From positions 83,298 to 147,297 of the IMG/VR virus record IMGVR_UViG_3300033463_000001: 64,000 bases of DNA. One strand, written 5' to 3'. Origin of the DNA: a virus (taxonomy: Duplodnaviria; Heunggongvirae; Uroviricota; Caudoviricetes). A program made the position numbers and the translations under genes. Numbering within the stretch: the first letter of the stretch is position 1; each line of letters begins with the position of its first letter. The notes below the pieces were generated by a model. It saw nothing but the letters and a program-made list of their open reading frames with translations, did no database searches and had not been told where the DNA came from. This document shows positions 39,088 to 49,329 of the stretch, one piece after another.

Positions 39088-41553
39088 TTAACAATTATTA
39101 TTTGACGGTTGTGTTTCCTCAGATGACTCAGGAAGAGCATCAATATCAGCGTAATCAACTTTGTCGATTTGACCGTTCTTACTCATACCAATTCTGAATC
39201 CACACTGTTCAATAATCTCTTTAATCAACTCAGTAAATACAGCAAGATACTCAGCAATGATTCCAAGCGAGAACATTGCGAATATAGTACCAAGCTTAGC
39301 CATAATCAACTGGAACAACTCCTCTAAGAACAACACGATAATCTCTTTAGCCATACTGAACAGAAGCATAAAGATACTCTTGAGCATAGCCTTGTAGTTT
39401 ACGCTAATTCTTAGATTTGATAGGTCGTTGTAGTTAACCTTTCCGTCGACACTTATAAAATTGCTTCCTCCGGTGAAGTATTGGTTAACCTGCCAAAGCA
39501 TAGCAACTTTCGGCGTCATAATGGAGTTCATGACGATTTGCAGGAGTAGTTCAATACAGAATTGCTCGAAGAATCCACTCTGCAGACCATACGTAGTCTC
39601 TGCATCTGAATACTTAATGGCAACAGACGGCGCAGTCTCAAGCAGGTTGGTAATCTGCTCTTGTTGAACAATCTTGTTAGACGACGAAGCAACGTTCTGC
39701 ATCGCCTCTTGTAGAAGCGCGCGGTCGTCATCAGCGAGGAAACCTCCCGATAAGAACTCTGAACCACCACGACGTTTATTCTCAGCCTCTTCTGTTAAGT
39801 GTTTAATCTCATCATTGGAGAATGAGAAGTAGCAATCGTCAGAAGTAGTGTCCGGAGTGTCAATAATCTTACGAACGACCTGGCGTATCTCCGCTTCCAT
39901 CTCAGCCTGCTCTGCAGTCAATTTCAAATCGACATTCAGGTTGAAAAGTGACTCCATAATTTTGGCAATCACCACATTTGCGTCAAATAGACGCATACCC
40001 ATGATATAGTCGAAATTAAACTGATATACAGTCATGCCGGCGTAGCATTCGAACATATACGCTACAAGCATCTCGTCAGGGATATTTGATACCTCTCGTG
40101 CGCCTTGATAGCGTGCTAGTTTATACTCAGCTGTTTTAGCGTTGTATTTCAACACTAGCCTATCCTCAGGAGCCGTTGATTCTGGACTTCCATATACCTC
40201 TTTTGTACGATATAACTCATAAACGTAATTGTCGTGGTCTGAGCTATTTTCTAGGAACTTTTGAACCCTTCCATTCACAACACGCGGGTATACGGTGAAT
40301 CGACCACCTTTGAGCATCTTAGTAGGCTCTCCGGCTGCGTTGAAAAGAATGCGCTTTACGTGTGTTAGTTTCTCATGGTATGCCTTATCAAGCGTAACCT
40401 CGGAACCATCCATGCACTGAATCTTGCCTTTCTTTGGAATCAAGATTGGATAGTGGAACTGCGGCTTCGGGAGAATCTTAAAGACATACTCACCATTGTC
40501 AAACGAAAGTGACAGAATTGGCTTATCCTTCTCGTAATGCCTCTCGGCGTTTTTTAGCGCTATTAGGTTATTCGAGAAAGCATCTTTTATGTTGAAGTAC
40601 CAGTTGAATGCCGGTTTGTATTGAGCACTACCGTTACTACTAGCAGGGATTACTTTGAATGCAGTTAATTGCCCTGATTTGTTACGCTCTGTGCCACAGA
40701 TTACAGAGAGTGCGCATGTGTCATTATAACGGACTCCTGTTCCATCGCTGACGCCTAATACCTTGCTGCCTACACCACTAGATACCTTTATATATTCAAG
40801 AAGGTGTGCGTCACGTTGTGTTGTAATATCTTCAATCCTGTCGGCAACAATACAATCTTTCAAATATCCACGGTTCTTAACGAACCACAAATATGCGTTG
40901 AAGTCCGTTGCGCGGGCAAGTTCATACGGTGACGTTGTTTCTTTATCGACACCGAAATACATCTTACTATAGTCAACGAAGTTTAGAAGCTGGTTCCATT
41001 CTTCAAATGGACTATGATTCAGTAAGTTGCTATAATCGATTGATGAAACAGGTATACGCAGGCCGGCTCCGTGGCGAGGTTCTGACTCGAACGAAAATTC
41101 ACCCCACTGTAACTCTACTTTAGTTTTCTTTTCTTTGTCGTCTGTATCCTTTTCGTCGTCTCCCTCGAAGAACTTACCATTAACCTTCATTGTAGGTGTA
41201 CCAAGCTTGAACGTTTCAATATAGAATAGTTCGCGCAAGTCATCCGGTATGAATGGATTAGTGCTACACGAGATACAAGACATCAAGTTAGATAGCAATA
41301 CGCCTTTTACACCTATTTCAAGCGCTGGCATTGCATAGGTTAGGTATTTTGCCAGCCACTCTTTTAAGTCATCAAGTAGACCAAGAGCGTCAACGAGAGC
41401 CAATAGGTATCCAAGGGGTGTTACCAACTCCAATTGTAGGTTATTGATATCATCCCAAAAAGGAAGAAGCTCAATTGCTTTTTTTATACCTTCAATTGAG
41501 CCACTAACTTGCCTCCTTAACGCTTCTATTTCACTAAAACCGGCTACTGCCAT
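39088..41553 (-). CDS. Large hypothetical structural protein
   Basis: 821 aa in the late operon with the spike gene; hydrophobic helices near both ends. Confidence 0.6.
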   Translation of the reverse strand: MAVAGFSEIEALRRQVSGSIEGIKKAIELLPFWDDINNLQLELVTPLGYLLALVDALGLLDDLKEWLAKYLTYAMPALEIGVKGVLLSNLMSCISCSTNPFIPDDLRELFYIETFKLGTPTMKVNGKFFEGDDEKDTDDKEKKTKVELQWGEFSFESEPRHGAGLRIPVSSIDYSNLLNHSPFEEWNQLLNFVDYSKMYFGVDKETTSPYELARATDFNAYLWFVKNRGYLKDCIVADRIEDITTQRDAHLLEYIKVSSGVGSKVLGVSDGTGVRYNDTCALSVICGTERNKSGQLTAFKVIPASSNGSAQYKPAFNWYFNIKDAFSNNLIALKNAERHYEKDKPILSLSFDNGEYVFKILPKPQFHYPILIPKKGKIQCMDGSEVTLDKAYHEKLTHVKRILFNAAGEPTKMLKGGRFTVYPRVVNGRVQKFLENSSDHDNYVYELYRTKEVYGSPESTAPEDRLVLKYNAKTAEYKLARYQGAREVSNIPDEMLVAYMFECYAGMTVYQFNFDYIMGMRLFDANVVIAKIMESLFNLNVDLKLTAEQAEMEAEIRQVVRKIIDTPDTTSDDCYFSFSNDEIKHLTEEAENKRRGGSEFLSGGFLADDDRALLQEAMQNVASSSNKIVQQEQITNLLETAPSVAIKYSDAETTYGLQSGFFEQFCIELLLQIVMNSIMTPKVAMLWQVNQYFTGGSNFISVDGKVNYNDLSNLRISVNYKAMLKSIFMLLFSMAKEIIVLFLEELFQLIMAKLGTIFAMFSLGIIAEYLAVFTELIKEIIEQCGFRIGMSKNGQIDKVDYADIDALPESSEETQPSNNNC

Positions 41554-41554
41554 T

Positions 41555-41950
41555 TTACGTTATACTGTATACTTCCTTTTTACTACCGTCGTTTCCTCCG
41601 TTGTCGATAGCATCTCTAATCGCCGTGAAATCGATGCTGCTTGCATTTTGTGAATGCTCACCATTGATAGCCTTTGATACATCACCATTGAACTCAATCA
41701 CATCCTGTAGAACTTTGCAAATATCCAATTTACGACCGATTGCTTTATCTTTAATAACTAGCAAATCGTTCATTGCCTTGTAATATTTGGCTTTCTCATC
41801 CATCGTGATATCCTTCAAAATAGTAGACGTCGCAAGCTTCGAAATCTCGTCGTTTGCATTCTTAATTTGCGCATTCGCAAGGTCGTAAGACTCCTGCAGA
41901 ATGGCCGTCAGTTTTTCTGAAGAATTCAGAACAATCGTTGTCTTTGCCAT
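41555..41950 (-). CDS. Hypothetical coiled-coil protein
   Basis: 131 aa; late box at 41965-41971(-). Confidence 0.55.
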   Translation of the reverse strand: MAKTTIVLNSSEKLTAILQESYDLANAQIKNANDEISKLATSTILKDITMDEKAKYYKAMNDLLVIKDKAIGRKLDICKVLQDVIEFNGDVSKAINGEHSQNASSIDFTAIRDAIDNGGNDGSKKEVYSIT

Positions 41951-41971
41951 GATACTCTTTTTCTATAAATA

Positions 41972-42697
41972 TCAGGTTAAAATGTTTTCCCGCAACTGTT
42001 CATATAGGGCGTTGTAGCGCTTCATCCCCTTGTGAATTTTGGGTGTAGTCAGGAGCGTGTACTCGCGTATATAATATAGGAATGTCTGGCGGTTGAACTT
42101 ATTACTCTCCTCACCGGAAAGTAATGTTTCCCAGTTCTCCAGGAAACTCAGCAACGCATTACCTGTAACATACTCAACTTCAGTGAGACCAAGCTCTTCA
42201 CGGTGGTCGACAATGTTCTTGACACCATTATAAAGTTCAGTCATCAACCTATCAAGTTGCCTTTTGTGCGTTGCACCATCTGTCTCATCGGATGCCATGT
42301 CTGTAAACTCATTCTCACCGAACTCGTTCTCTCCCATGCCATCGTACCAGACATACCTCATTTGGCTTTTATTATACGCGTTAATCCTACCGAGAAGGTA
42401 GTTTTTACACATATTTCCAAAATACGAATATGCTTTATTACCCAATTCAGGCTTAAACTTGTCGGCTTTGGATATAATAAAGGTCATCGCATCATTGAAA
42501 GTAAACTCAAAGTCCTCACCTGGAATATACAACTCATACGTCCTAATTACAGAAGATACCAACTTGACAAAGGCAGGGTAGAGGATTTTGTTAAAAATAT
42601 CCTCCCTTTCCTTGCCGGTTGTATTTAAGTATTTCACGAATGCCTCTTCTTCGGCTGTGTGAAAATACCCATTTTCTTTGCTTTTCTTCTTAGGCAT
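41972..42697 (-). CDS. Phage sigma factor (T4 gp55-like, sigma70 region 2)
   Basis: YF...EEEAFVKY...LYPAFVKLV...DAMTFIISKADKFKPELGNKAYSYFGNMCKNYL. Confidence 0.7.
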   Translation of the reverse strand: MPKKKSKENGYFHTAEEEAFVKYLNTTGKEREDIFNKILYPAFVKLVSSVIRTYELYIPGEDFEFTFNDAMTFIISKADKFKPELGNKAYSYFGNMCKNYLLGRINAYNKSQMRYVWYDGMGENEFGENEFTDMASDETDGATHKRQLDRLMTELYNGVKNIVDHREELGLTEVEYVTGNALLSFLENWETLLSGEESNKFNRQTFLYYIREYTLLTTPKIHKGMKRYNALYEQLRENILT

Positions 42698-42707
42698 TAC
42701 GTATGAG

Positions 42708-43508
42708 TTATTCTGTATATTGATATCCGGCGTCTGCCTTTTCCTTATAGGCGGTTTTAGCAATTTTGTACCAGTAGTTTACTTCACCCTCTTTCATGGT
42801 GTGTGAGTAGATATCGAATAACGAGCCTTCTCGATTGATGAAATGGATATAACCATTCTTCGGAAGCACCATGAGTTTTTGGTTGTTCTGCATGGCACGA
42901 CGCATATACTCAAGCCAGAATGTCAACTTGATGGACTCTTTCAGTTTACCAACAGCCTTGAAATCTTCTGTTTTGAATACAGCACCGGTCAGTGTGTAGT
43001 TAAAGAAATGTTCCAAAGACTCCATAGACACAACACCCAACTCCTCTGTAAATCCTTCAGCGAGCGGTGCCTCGTTAGCAAAAGCGATGAACTTAGCTTC
43101 TTTACCTTTACGCTCTGCGATATCTTCCATCGGGATAAACAGCGATACATCCGGACGGGCATTAGCAAACTCCAAAGCCGACCTAAATGCAATATTTCGC
43201 ATCCAACCGTCACGGCGTTCGTTTCCTAACTTATAGACATCATCAAACTCCATGATGGAGAAAAATTCGGTATCGACAGCATCCACAGCCTTGTTAACCA
43301 ATGCTGCAAACTCTGAGTTCTCGTTGGTAACTACTTTATCGGCAACCTTACAAAACTCCTCATTTTCAAGTGCTGGTGTAGTTGCGATGATGAGTTTCAC
43401 AAACGGAAGTTCAACGCTAGCTAGCGCACTCTTAATCATCGCATCAATCTCCTCATCATACATGTGTACAGGAAGTATGACGGTAATTTTCTTTTCTTTC
43501 TTATCCAT
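42708..43508 (-). CDS. GT2-like glycosyltransferase
   Basis: ITVILPVH, VNKAV, FSIMEFDD. Confidence 0.65.
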   Translation of the reverse strand: MDKKEKKITVILPVHMYDEEIDAMIKSALASVELPFVKLIIATTPALENEEFCKVADKVVTNENSEFAALVNKAVDAVDTEFFSIMEFDDVYKLGNERRDGWMRNIAFRSALEFANARPDVSLFIPMEDIAERKGKEAKFIAFANEAPLAEGFTEELGVVSMESLEHFFNYTLTGAVFKTEDFKAVGKLKESIKLTFWLEYMRRAMQNNQKLMVLPKNGYIHFINREGSLFDIYSHTMKEGEVNYWYKIAKTAYKEKADAGYQYTE

Positions 43509-43509
43509 A

Positions 43510-43719
43510 TTAAAACCAAGGTTCTTCTTCTCTCAAATATTCCGGCTTAACCAGCTCGCGCTCAATAAGGTTTTTAAGCGGCTTCTGGTATGCCTCAAGC
43601 AATATACCACCGTTCATTGACACAAAGCCACGGAAGTATTCAATATACGTACCTTCATGGTATGTTACACCATCAACGACGCAATCCTTTGTAAATCTAA
43701 ATAAACGTTGCTTATCCAT
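43510..43719 (-). CDS. Hypothetical protein
   Basis: 69 aa from MDKQRLF, filling the operon gap. Confidence 0.5.
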   Translation of the reverse strand: MDKQRLFRFTKDCVVDGVTYHEGTYIEYFRGFVSMNGGILLEAYQKPLKNLIERELVKPEYLREEEPWF

Positions 43720-44803
43720 TTTTCTCCATTTGGTTAATAGCGTTCGATAAATCTGTCCTTCTATCATCAACATACTTCGTGCAAACAGCAACAGCCTCAG
43801 CATCAAAGTCACGTCCACCTGCAGATGCCGGAAGATATGGTTGAACTGTTTCTTTCATATTGTCGAATAGTTCCTCCGGCAATGAATCGTGCGTCCAGCC
43901 GCGAACAACATTCATAACAACGTCACACAGTTCGCTGTACGTACGGAACCAGATTATACCATCACCCTTATCTTTCTGTACCCAAACAGGCGCATCTTCA
44001 GTTACCTTTCCAATAACAACGCTGCCACAGGCCATGGCCTCCAGTGCGGTATAGCCAAACCTTGTGTACTCGTCACACCAAATGGTAATTGCAGCCTCTT
44101 TCAGCGCATTTGCGAAATCCTCTTGTAGAATACCACCAATGTTCCTGAATGTAACCCATTTAAACTCCGGATATGCCCAGTAGAACGTCTTAATGATTTT
44201 CTTTGCGTCATCCTCCGGTGCCACGATATTGATGAGTATCTTCTTTGGTTGGTCGATAGGCACAAAACACTCCTTTATGGTAGGAACAAGCGTTTTGATT
44301 TTCGCATATCCAAACCATTTCTTGAGCAGGTCTGCGTTTTGTTGCGTATTCGTAAGTACATCCATAAGACGATAGTCGCCTATTTGTTTTCCAAGCGGCA
44401 TCAATTGACACATAAAGAAAGGATTCTGAGAAATAATGACGCGCTTGCACGGCATTTCCTGCGTACCTTCCATTACGTTGACGAAAATCTCCGGGATGAA
44501 CAAGATGTCAGCTGCGCCTACCTTGAGGTCTTGCTTTGTTGTTGAATAATGTTTGAGCTTCGCATATTTCTCGCCAAGCCAATCTTTAACACCAACAAAC
44601 GACTCCTCTTTCTCGTCGTGCATCATCAACACATTCTTACCAGCGTTTTCCAGCGCGAGTGCTATTGTATAGATATACTCAAGCATTCCACTAGGAACAC
44701 CCTTTGTGTCAACAACGTAGAACATGTACTTGTTCTCATTCTTTGCAATTTTCTCCACTTCTGATTTGAAGTATGCAAGTTTAGTTTCTTGTTCGTTATT
44801 CAT
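43712..44803 (-). CDS. GT-B (GT4-like) glycosyltransferase
   Basis: FIPEIF, FGYTALEAMACGSVVIG. Confidence 0.7.
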   Translation of the reverse strand: MNNEQETKLAYFKSEVEKIAKNENKYMFYVVDTKGVPSGMLEYIYTIALALENAGKNVLMMHDEKEESFVGVKDWLGEKYAKLKHYSTTKQDLKVGAADILFIPEIFVNVMEGTQEMPCKRVIISQNPFFMCQLMPLGKQIGDYRLMDVLTNTQQNADLLKKWFGYAKIKTLVPTIKECFVPIDQPKKILINIVAPEDDAKKIIKTFYWAYPEFKWVTFRNIGGILQEDFANALKEAAITIWCDEYTRFGYTALEAMACGSVVIGKVTEDAPVWVQKDKGDGIIWFRTYSELCDVVMNVVRGWTHDSLPEELFDNMKETVQPYLPASAGGRDFDAEAVAVCTKYVDDRRTDLSNAINQMEKNG

Positions 44804-45416
44804 GGTTCTTTATTGTATTCAGTTTATCGAAAAATTCTTGGTCGTTCATAAGTTTTGACAATGACTCGTACTCCAAGTCGGCTTGAGCATTCTTATTAAA
44901 CTCGCGCTTGATTTTCACAACAATCTTACCTTCCGGCTTCTTCTTAATAAGCTTCGGGTTTGCAGTAATGATTACATCACATTCATCCCAAATTCTTTTC
45001 TTGGTATCAATCAGGACATGGCCGATACGGAATCCTTTTGCCAGGAAGAAAAGTGTTGACATCGCAGCAATTTCATCTTCATCAGGACTAACTGCGATAA
45101 GTTCAACAGGTTCTGTCGCCTTTTCAACAACAAGGTTATATTTCCACGTGAGCAACTGTCCGGAAAGATTCCTTTGTTGCTGGCCGGCGGTACCGTAAAT
45201 CTCGTAAGCATGGTCAATAAACCTAAACTCGTTCATCGCCTCATTATTGTCGAACGGTACATACTGTTTGTTATGCCATACATCAAGATTAGCAATGAGC
45301 TTACGCGCTTTTTTCGCACGGAATGTCTTCTTAATGCCATATTCTTTATCGTACTGCCTCAAGAAACTTGAGTTTACATCGCGCAGTACATGGTTGATGT
45401 CAATGCCTATTTTCAT
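44796..45416 (-). CDS. HAD/5'(3')-nucleotidase-like protein, motif I degenerate
   Basis: MKIGIDINHVLRD, WDECDVIITANP. Confidence 0.55.
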   Translation of the reverse strand: MKIGIDINHVLRDVNSSFLRQYDKEYGIKKTFRAKKARKLIANLDVWHNKQYVPFDNNEAMNEFRFIDHAYEIYGTAGQQQRNLSGQLLTWKYNLVVEKATEPVELIAVSPDEDEIAAMSTLFFLAKGFRIGHVLIDTKKRIWDECDVIITANPKLIKKKPEGKIVVKIKREFNKNAQADLEYESLSKLMNDQEFFDKLNTIKNHE

Positions 45417-46467
45417 TTTCCAACTGTTTTTGCGTTTTAATCTCTACACGTTCTGCGCCGTGTATTACATTTTGGTCTTTCTTTATCTTTTCAAGGTCGA
45501 TTCCTTTTTCCTTCGCATAGCATTCCATACACAGACATCGTCCTAATTCGTAGTGTACGATTGAAGCAGTATAGTCGTCTACATCTTTTCCACACTTCTC
45601 ACACTTAACAACAATTTCGGTTTTGTCCTTATTATATTGAACGGTACCCATGTCGATTGTTGTCTCGCGGCGCTCTTTGTTCTTGTATTTCTCCTCAATA
45701 GTTGGGGCAGTGAATTCTTGCATGGTGTTTTCCTCGTGGTAGTTATCAAATGCAAGAGTAAACTTAATGCGCGCACCGTCGTCACGATAGTTCAGCTTAC
45801 CATCTTCGTAGTGGATTCCTGATGCCTCAACTTGTACATAGTCGTCCATTCCGATACACTTATATGTAATAAACGAGATACTGCTAATGGAAGATACGAT
45901 ATCATTCCTTGATGCGTCATATTCATTGTTGATTGTCTGCACTTTTTTGAGCGCAGTCATGAACGACGCACTTGAAGTGTAGTTTGCATCCGGCTGCGCG
46001 TTGAAAATAAATGTAATCGTTTTCTCGCGTTTGTCGATACGAACGAATTTCAGGAAACGTTCTATCTTATATCGTGCGAATGACTTATAACCAACTTTTA
46101 CATGCCAGTCCTCTTTAATCATGTTTGTCTCCAGGGCTTCCAAAACAGTTCCTACAATTGGAATGTTCTCCTGAACGATAACAGGTACATTTGTTTTCTT
46201 TGCGTGGCCTGTTTTTGCTATATAGTCGCGTTTCTTCGCCTCTTCATCAACGGCATATGTACGCCAACGAAGTTCCTCAACTTCTTGAGTAACTTCGCCT
46301 TGCATCAGAGCCTCTCCAAGGTTCTGCGCATGCTGTTTCTGTGTAATCCCAGAGTCTCCACTTCCTGATGAAGCGGATTGACCCATCATTTCCTCATTAG
46401 CCCTTTGCATGCCGAATACGGCACCAATAAGAACTTCTTTTACTTTAGTCCTTAGATTCTTTTTCAT
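45400..46467 (-). CDS. Hypothetical protein with C-terminal Zn ribbon
   Basis: CEKCG...CMEC. Confidence 0.55.
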   Translation of the reverse strand: MKKNLRTKVKEVLIGAVFGMQRANEEMMGQSASSGSGDSGITQKQHAQNLGEALMQGEVTQEVEELRWRTYAVDEEAKKRDYIAKTGHAKKTNVPVIVQENIPIVGTVLEALETNMIKEDWHVKVGYKSFARYKIERFLKFVRIDKREKTITFIFNAQPDANYTSSASFMTALKKVQTINNEYDASRNDIVSSISSISFITYKCIGMDDYVQVEASGIHYEDGKLNYRDDGARIKFTLAFDNYHEENTMQEFTAPTIEEKYKNKERRETTIDMGTVQYNKDKTEIVVKCEKCGKDVDDYTASIVHYELGRCLCMECYAKEKGIDLEKIKKDQNVIHGAERVEIKTQKQLENENRH

Positions 46468-47167
46468 TTGCTGTTTTCAGTAATTTAACAGGTAGATATT
46501 CTTTGTACATATCTACAAAAATGTCGCAATATTTTTGATATTCAGGACAGGCTGAATCACCGGCGCTCTGGTGTACGACGCGGATATCATTTGTAACGCC
46601 AACCTTACATTCTTTCGTAACAAAGGCGTTGAACGAATATGAGACGTCGTAGAAGTGAAATCCATCGAAATGAACATCGTCAAACATCTGCTTACACCTA
46701 CTTCTATCGATAGCGATAAAGAGACCGTCGATACAGCATACCTCAGCAAGATGTTTCGGCTCCGGAGTCATAAGAGTCATGAATTTCTTATTGTCTCCAA
46801 GATGATGAACAACCTCTCCGGATAAGTCGCCTTTCATCATCCACCAGCGATATGGTGCATCCATTGTCTTGGAACCGGCAACGCCAAGAATTCCATATTC
46901 TTCATTTTGTTTGAAGATATCAACCAATTTGTCACACCAATTCAACGTAAGGAATGATACGTCATCATGTACAAAGACAACATATCTAACGTTCGGGTAT
47001 TGTTTCAAGAAATCATTATAAACCTTAGTCAATGGTACACTGTTATTTCTAGCAAATGCAACTTCGAAATCAACGTGGCCGTGCGTCATTTTGATATTCT
47101 TGAAAATAGCATCCAGCTCAGTATCATTCTTGCGCGTAGATATTGCTATTAAAACTTTCTCTTCCAT
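46445..47167 (-). CDS. GT2-like glycosyltransferase
   Basis: LTKVYN, FVHDDV, GILGVAG, IDGLFIA, GFHFYD. Confidence 0.75.
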   Translation of the reverse strand: MEEKVLIAISTRKNDTELDAIFKNIKMTHGHVDFEVAFARNNSVPLTKVYNDFLKQYPNVRYVVFVHDDVSFLTLNWCDKLVDIFKQNEEYGILGVAGSKTMDAPYRWWMMKGDLSGEVVHHLGDNKKFMTLMTPEPKHLAEVCCIDGLFIAIDRSRCKQMFDDVHFDGFHFYDVSYSFNAFVTKECKVGVTNDIRVVHQSAGDSACPEYQKYCDIFVDMYKEYLPVKLLKTANEKESKD

Positions 47168-48386
47168 CACAAATACGTTTATAAAAATCAATACGTGTCT
47201 CTGTCACCTTATCGAGAGTATATTTCTCCATCACGGTATTATGTAAGTTAGTTCGCAATGCGTTACGTAGTTCTTCGTTTTGAACAACCCACGTGATGTA
47301 TTTACTCCAATTCTTGTTATTCTTTCTACTGTCAACCAGAAGCGCATTAGCTGTATAGTCAATAACGCCATTACCAGCATCAGCGTTCTTTAAGTCAACG
47401 GTGTAAGGACCAAAATTCTGAGCAATTAGGACTTTATTGAATACACCGGCCTCGATTGCTTTCAGTTGTGACTTATACTTAGCGAAGTCACATTCTACAA
47501 GCGGTGCCAGCAACACGTCTATATCGTTGTAGTGCGTTGCATACTTATCAATAGGTTTTGTCCACCGGCGCAAATAATACTCCTTATTCTCATCGCCTTG
47601 ATATGGTACATTGATGTATTGTTTCAGGTAACGCGCGTACTCAGGAGAACATAATTTATAATCATTAGTAATCACGCGCTCGTAACGTGCCCACACGCCA
47701 TCTTTCGGGTCTATCTCAACCACCTTACGTTCACCTGTTTTCTTATTGAGTAGTGTATTTCTACCATTCGTGTCGAATCCACACAACACAAACTGAATCT
47801 TCTCGCGCACCTCCGGCTTGATTTGATATGAAATACTACTAAGTAAATCCACATCATCACCATGCGTACTACCACATATCAAACCAATGCGCAGTTTATC
47901 ATGCTGTACTGGATTGGGAATAAACTGTTCCTCAGTGATATCAATTGCATTTGGTATTACAACGACATTCTTGTTGAACTGTCTAATTCTATCTGCGAAA
48001 ATAGGAGTTGTAGTAGTTACATAGTCTGCCTTTGAGATATGGTCAATTATCGGTTGGAAAGCCTTATCGCGTGCATTCACCAATCCCATCGGGTGGTGGC
48101 TACCGAGCATCCAATAATCGTCGATATCACACACAGTAATCTTACCCATATCTTTCAAAAGCTTTAGGGTAACACCTTCCGGGTCGATAACTTTGTGGAA
48201 ATGAATGATATCGTATTTTGCGTAATACGATGACAGATTCGTGTTTGGAATGACATAGTCTATGTCAATATTGAATTCATTGCCATATTTGTCAGCAATG
48301 TATGTGTGCGGTTTTAGAGAGCGGTAATACCCAACACCGCCAACTCTATCGCGAACTAATACTAAAATGTTAATAGGCCTATTCAA
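47124..48386 (-). CDS. GT-B glycosyltransferase
   Basis: GVGYYRSLKPH, DIDDYW, IPNAID, LAPL..CDFAKYKSQLKAIEAG. Confidence 0.75.
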   Translation of the reverse strand: MNRPINILVLVRDRVGGVGYYRSLKPHTYIADKYGNEFNIDIDYVIPNTNLSSYYAKYDIIHFHKVIDPEGVTLKLLKDMGKITVCDIDDYWMLGSHHPMGLVNARDKAFQPIIDHISKADYVTTTTPIFADRIRQFNKNVVVIPNAIDITEEQFIPNPVQHDKLRIGLICGSTHGDDVDLLSSISYQIKPEVREKIQFVLCGFDTNGRNTLLNKKTGERKVVEIDPKDGVWARYERVITNDYKLCSPEYARYLKQYINVPYQGDENKEYYLRRWTKPIDKYATHYNDIDVLLAPLVECDFAKYKSQLKAIEAGVFNKVLIAQNFGPYTVDLKNADAGNGVIDYTANALLVDSRKNNKNWSKYITWVVQNEELRNALRTNLHNTVMEKYTLDKVTETRIDFYKRICDGRESFNSNIYAQE

Positions 48387-48437
48387 ATTTTTAGCAATTT
48401 ATTATGTAATGTATGTCAGACGAAATATATAATCAAC

Positions 48438-48463
48438 AAAAAAGCACCGCAGATGCAGTGCTT
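48438..48463 (-). terminator. Intrinsic terminator
   Basis: aagcaccgc/gcagtgctt stem with a U-run on the minus strand. Confidence 0.65.
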
Positions 48464-48486
48464 AATCGGTTATTTCAAGTTGAAAG

Positions 48487-49329
48487 TTATTTTTTAATGT
48501 TACCAACGTGCTTCCATGACACCTCGTATATCTTACCTTCGGTAGTAACAACCTTGATATTTTGTGAACCCTTACCAATAGTTAGGTACTCGATTTCATT
48601 CGGTAAACCAATCGGTAGTTTTGTTTCCTCAATGATTGATTTCTTGAGGGCTGTAGCATAGCGTTTCAGTTGTTCATCTACGATGCGTTTGATTTGCTCG
48701 TAATCAATCTGTACGCCATATCCGGCTGCTGGTTGTTGGTACATTGCCGGCTGTGCTTGCGGTTGTTGTGTAGTTCTGTAACCGAGGCGTGCAGCGTCCT
48801 CATGCATTTTACGCTGCAATTCTTCAGGAACACCACCCATCCTATCAAATACAGACACACCCATATGTGCATCATAAGCAGAATTGCTCGGATTCAACGG
48901 GTTGCGTGCCATCTCTTCGATAATAGGACCTAGAACTGAGTTGCCGCGAGCTGCAGCAATATCTGCTTGTGTAATATTCACATCTCCGTTATAACCAACA
49001 TACCCACCGCCACCAGCTTGCATTCCTCCTGGCATCGGGGCCGGCCTTTGTGGCACGTAAGCTTCCTCATTCAGATATGCTTCTTGTGGAATTTCAAATT
49101 GAACATTAATAGGACGTCCGGCCATGTCGGTATGTTCTGTAACAACCGGGTAATCCAAGTCCGGCTGTGTGTTATTTTGTGACGCATATGTATTATTCTC
49201 CGGCATTCCCATCGGCTGTGCGTTAACGCGCGGTTGACTTACACTGCGTGGTTTACTTTCGACTTTATCCATTACGCCTTTAGCCCTACTGAAGATAGAA
49301 CTAAACTTTTTAGCTTCTTGGTCTGTCAT
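48487..49329 (-). CDS. Hypothetical Q/P-rich protein
   Basis: 280 aa ORF. Confidence 0.55.
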   Translation of the reverse strand: MTDQEAKKFSSIFSRAKGVMDKVESKPRSVSQPRVNAQPMGMPENNTYASQNNTQPDLDYPVVTEHTDMAGRPINVQFEIPQEAYLNEEAYVPQRPAPMPGGMQAGGGGYVGYNGDVNITQADIAAARGNSVLGPIIEEMARNPLNPSNSAYDAHMGVSVFDRMGGVPEELQRKMHEDAARLGYRTTQQPQAQPAMYQQPAAGYGVQIDYEQIKRIVDEQLKRYATALKKSIIEETKLPIGLPNEIEYLTIGKGSQNIKVVTTEGKIYEVSWKHVGNIKK

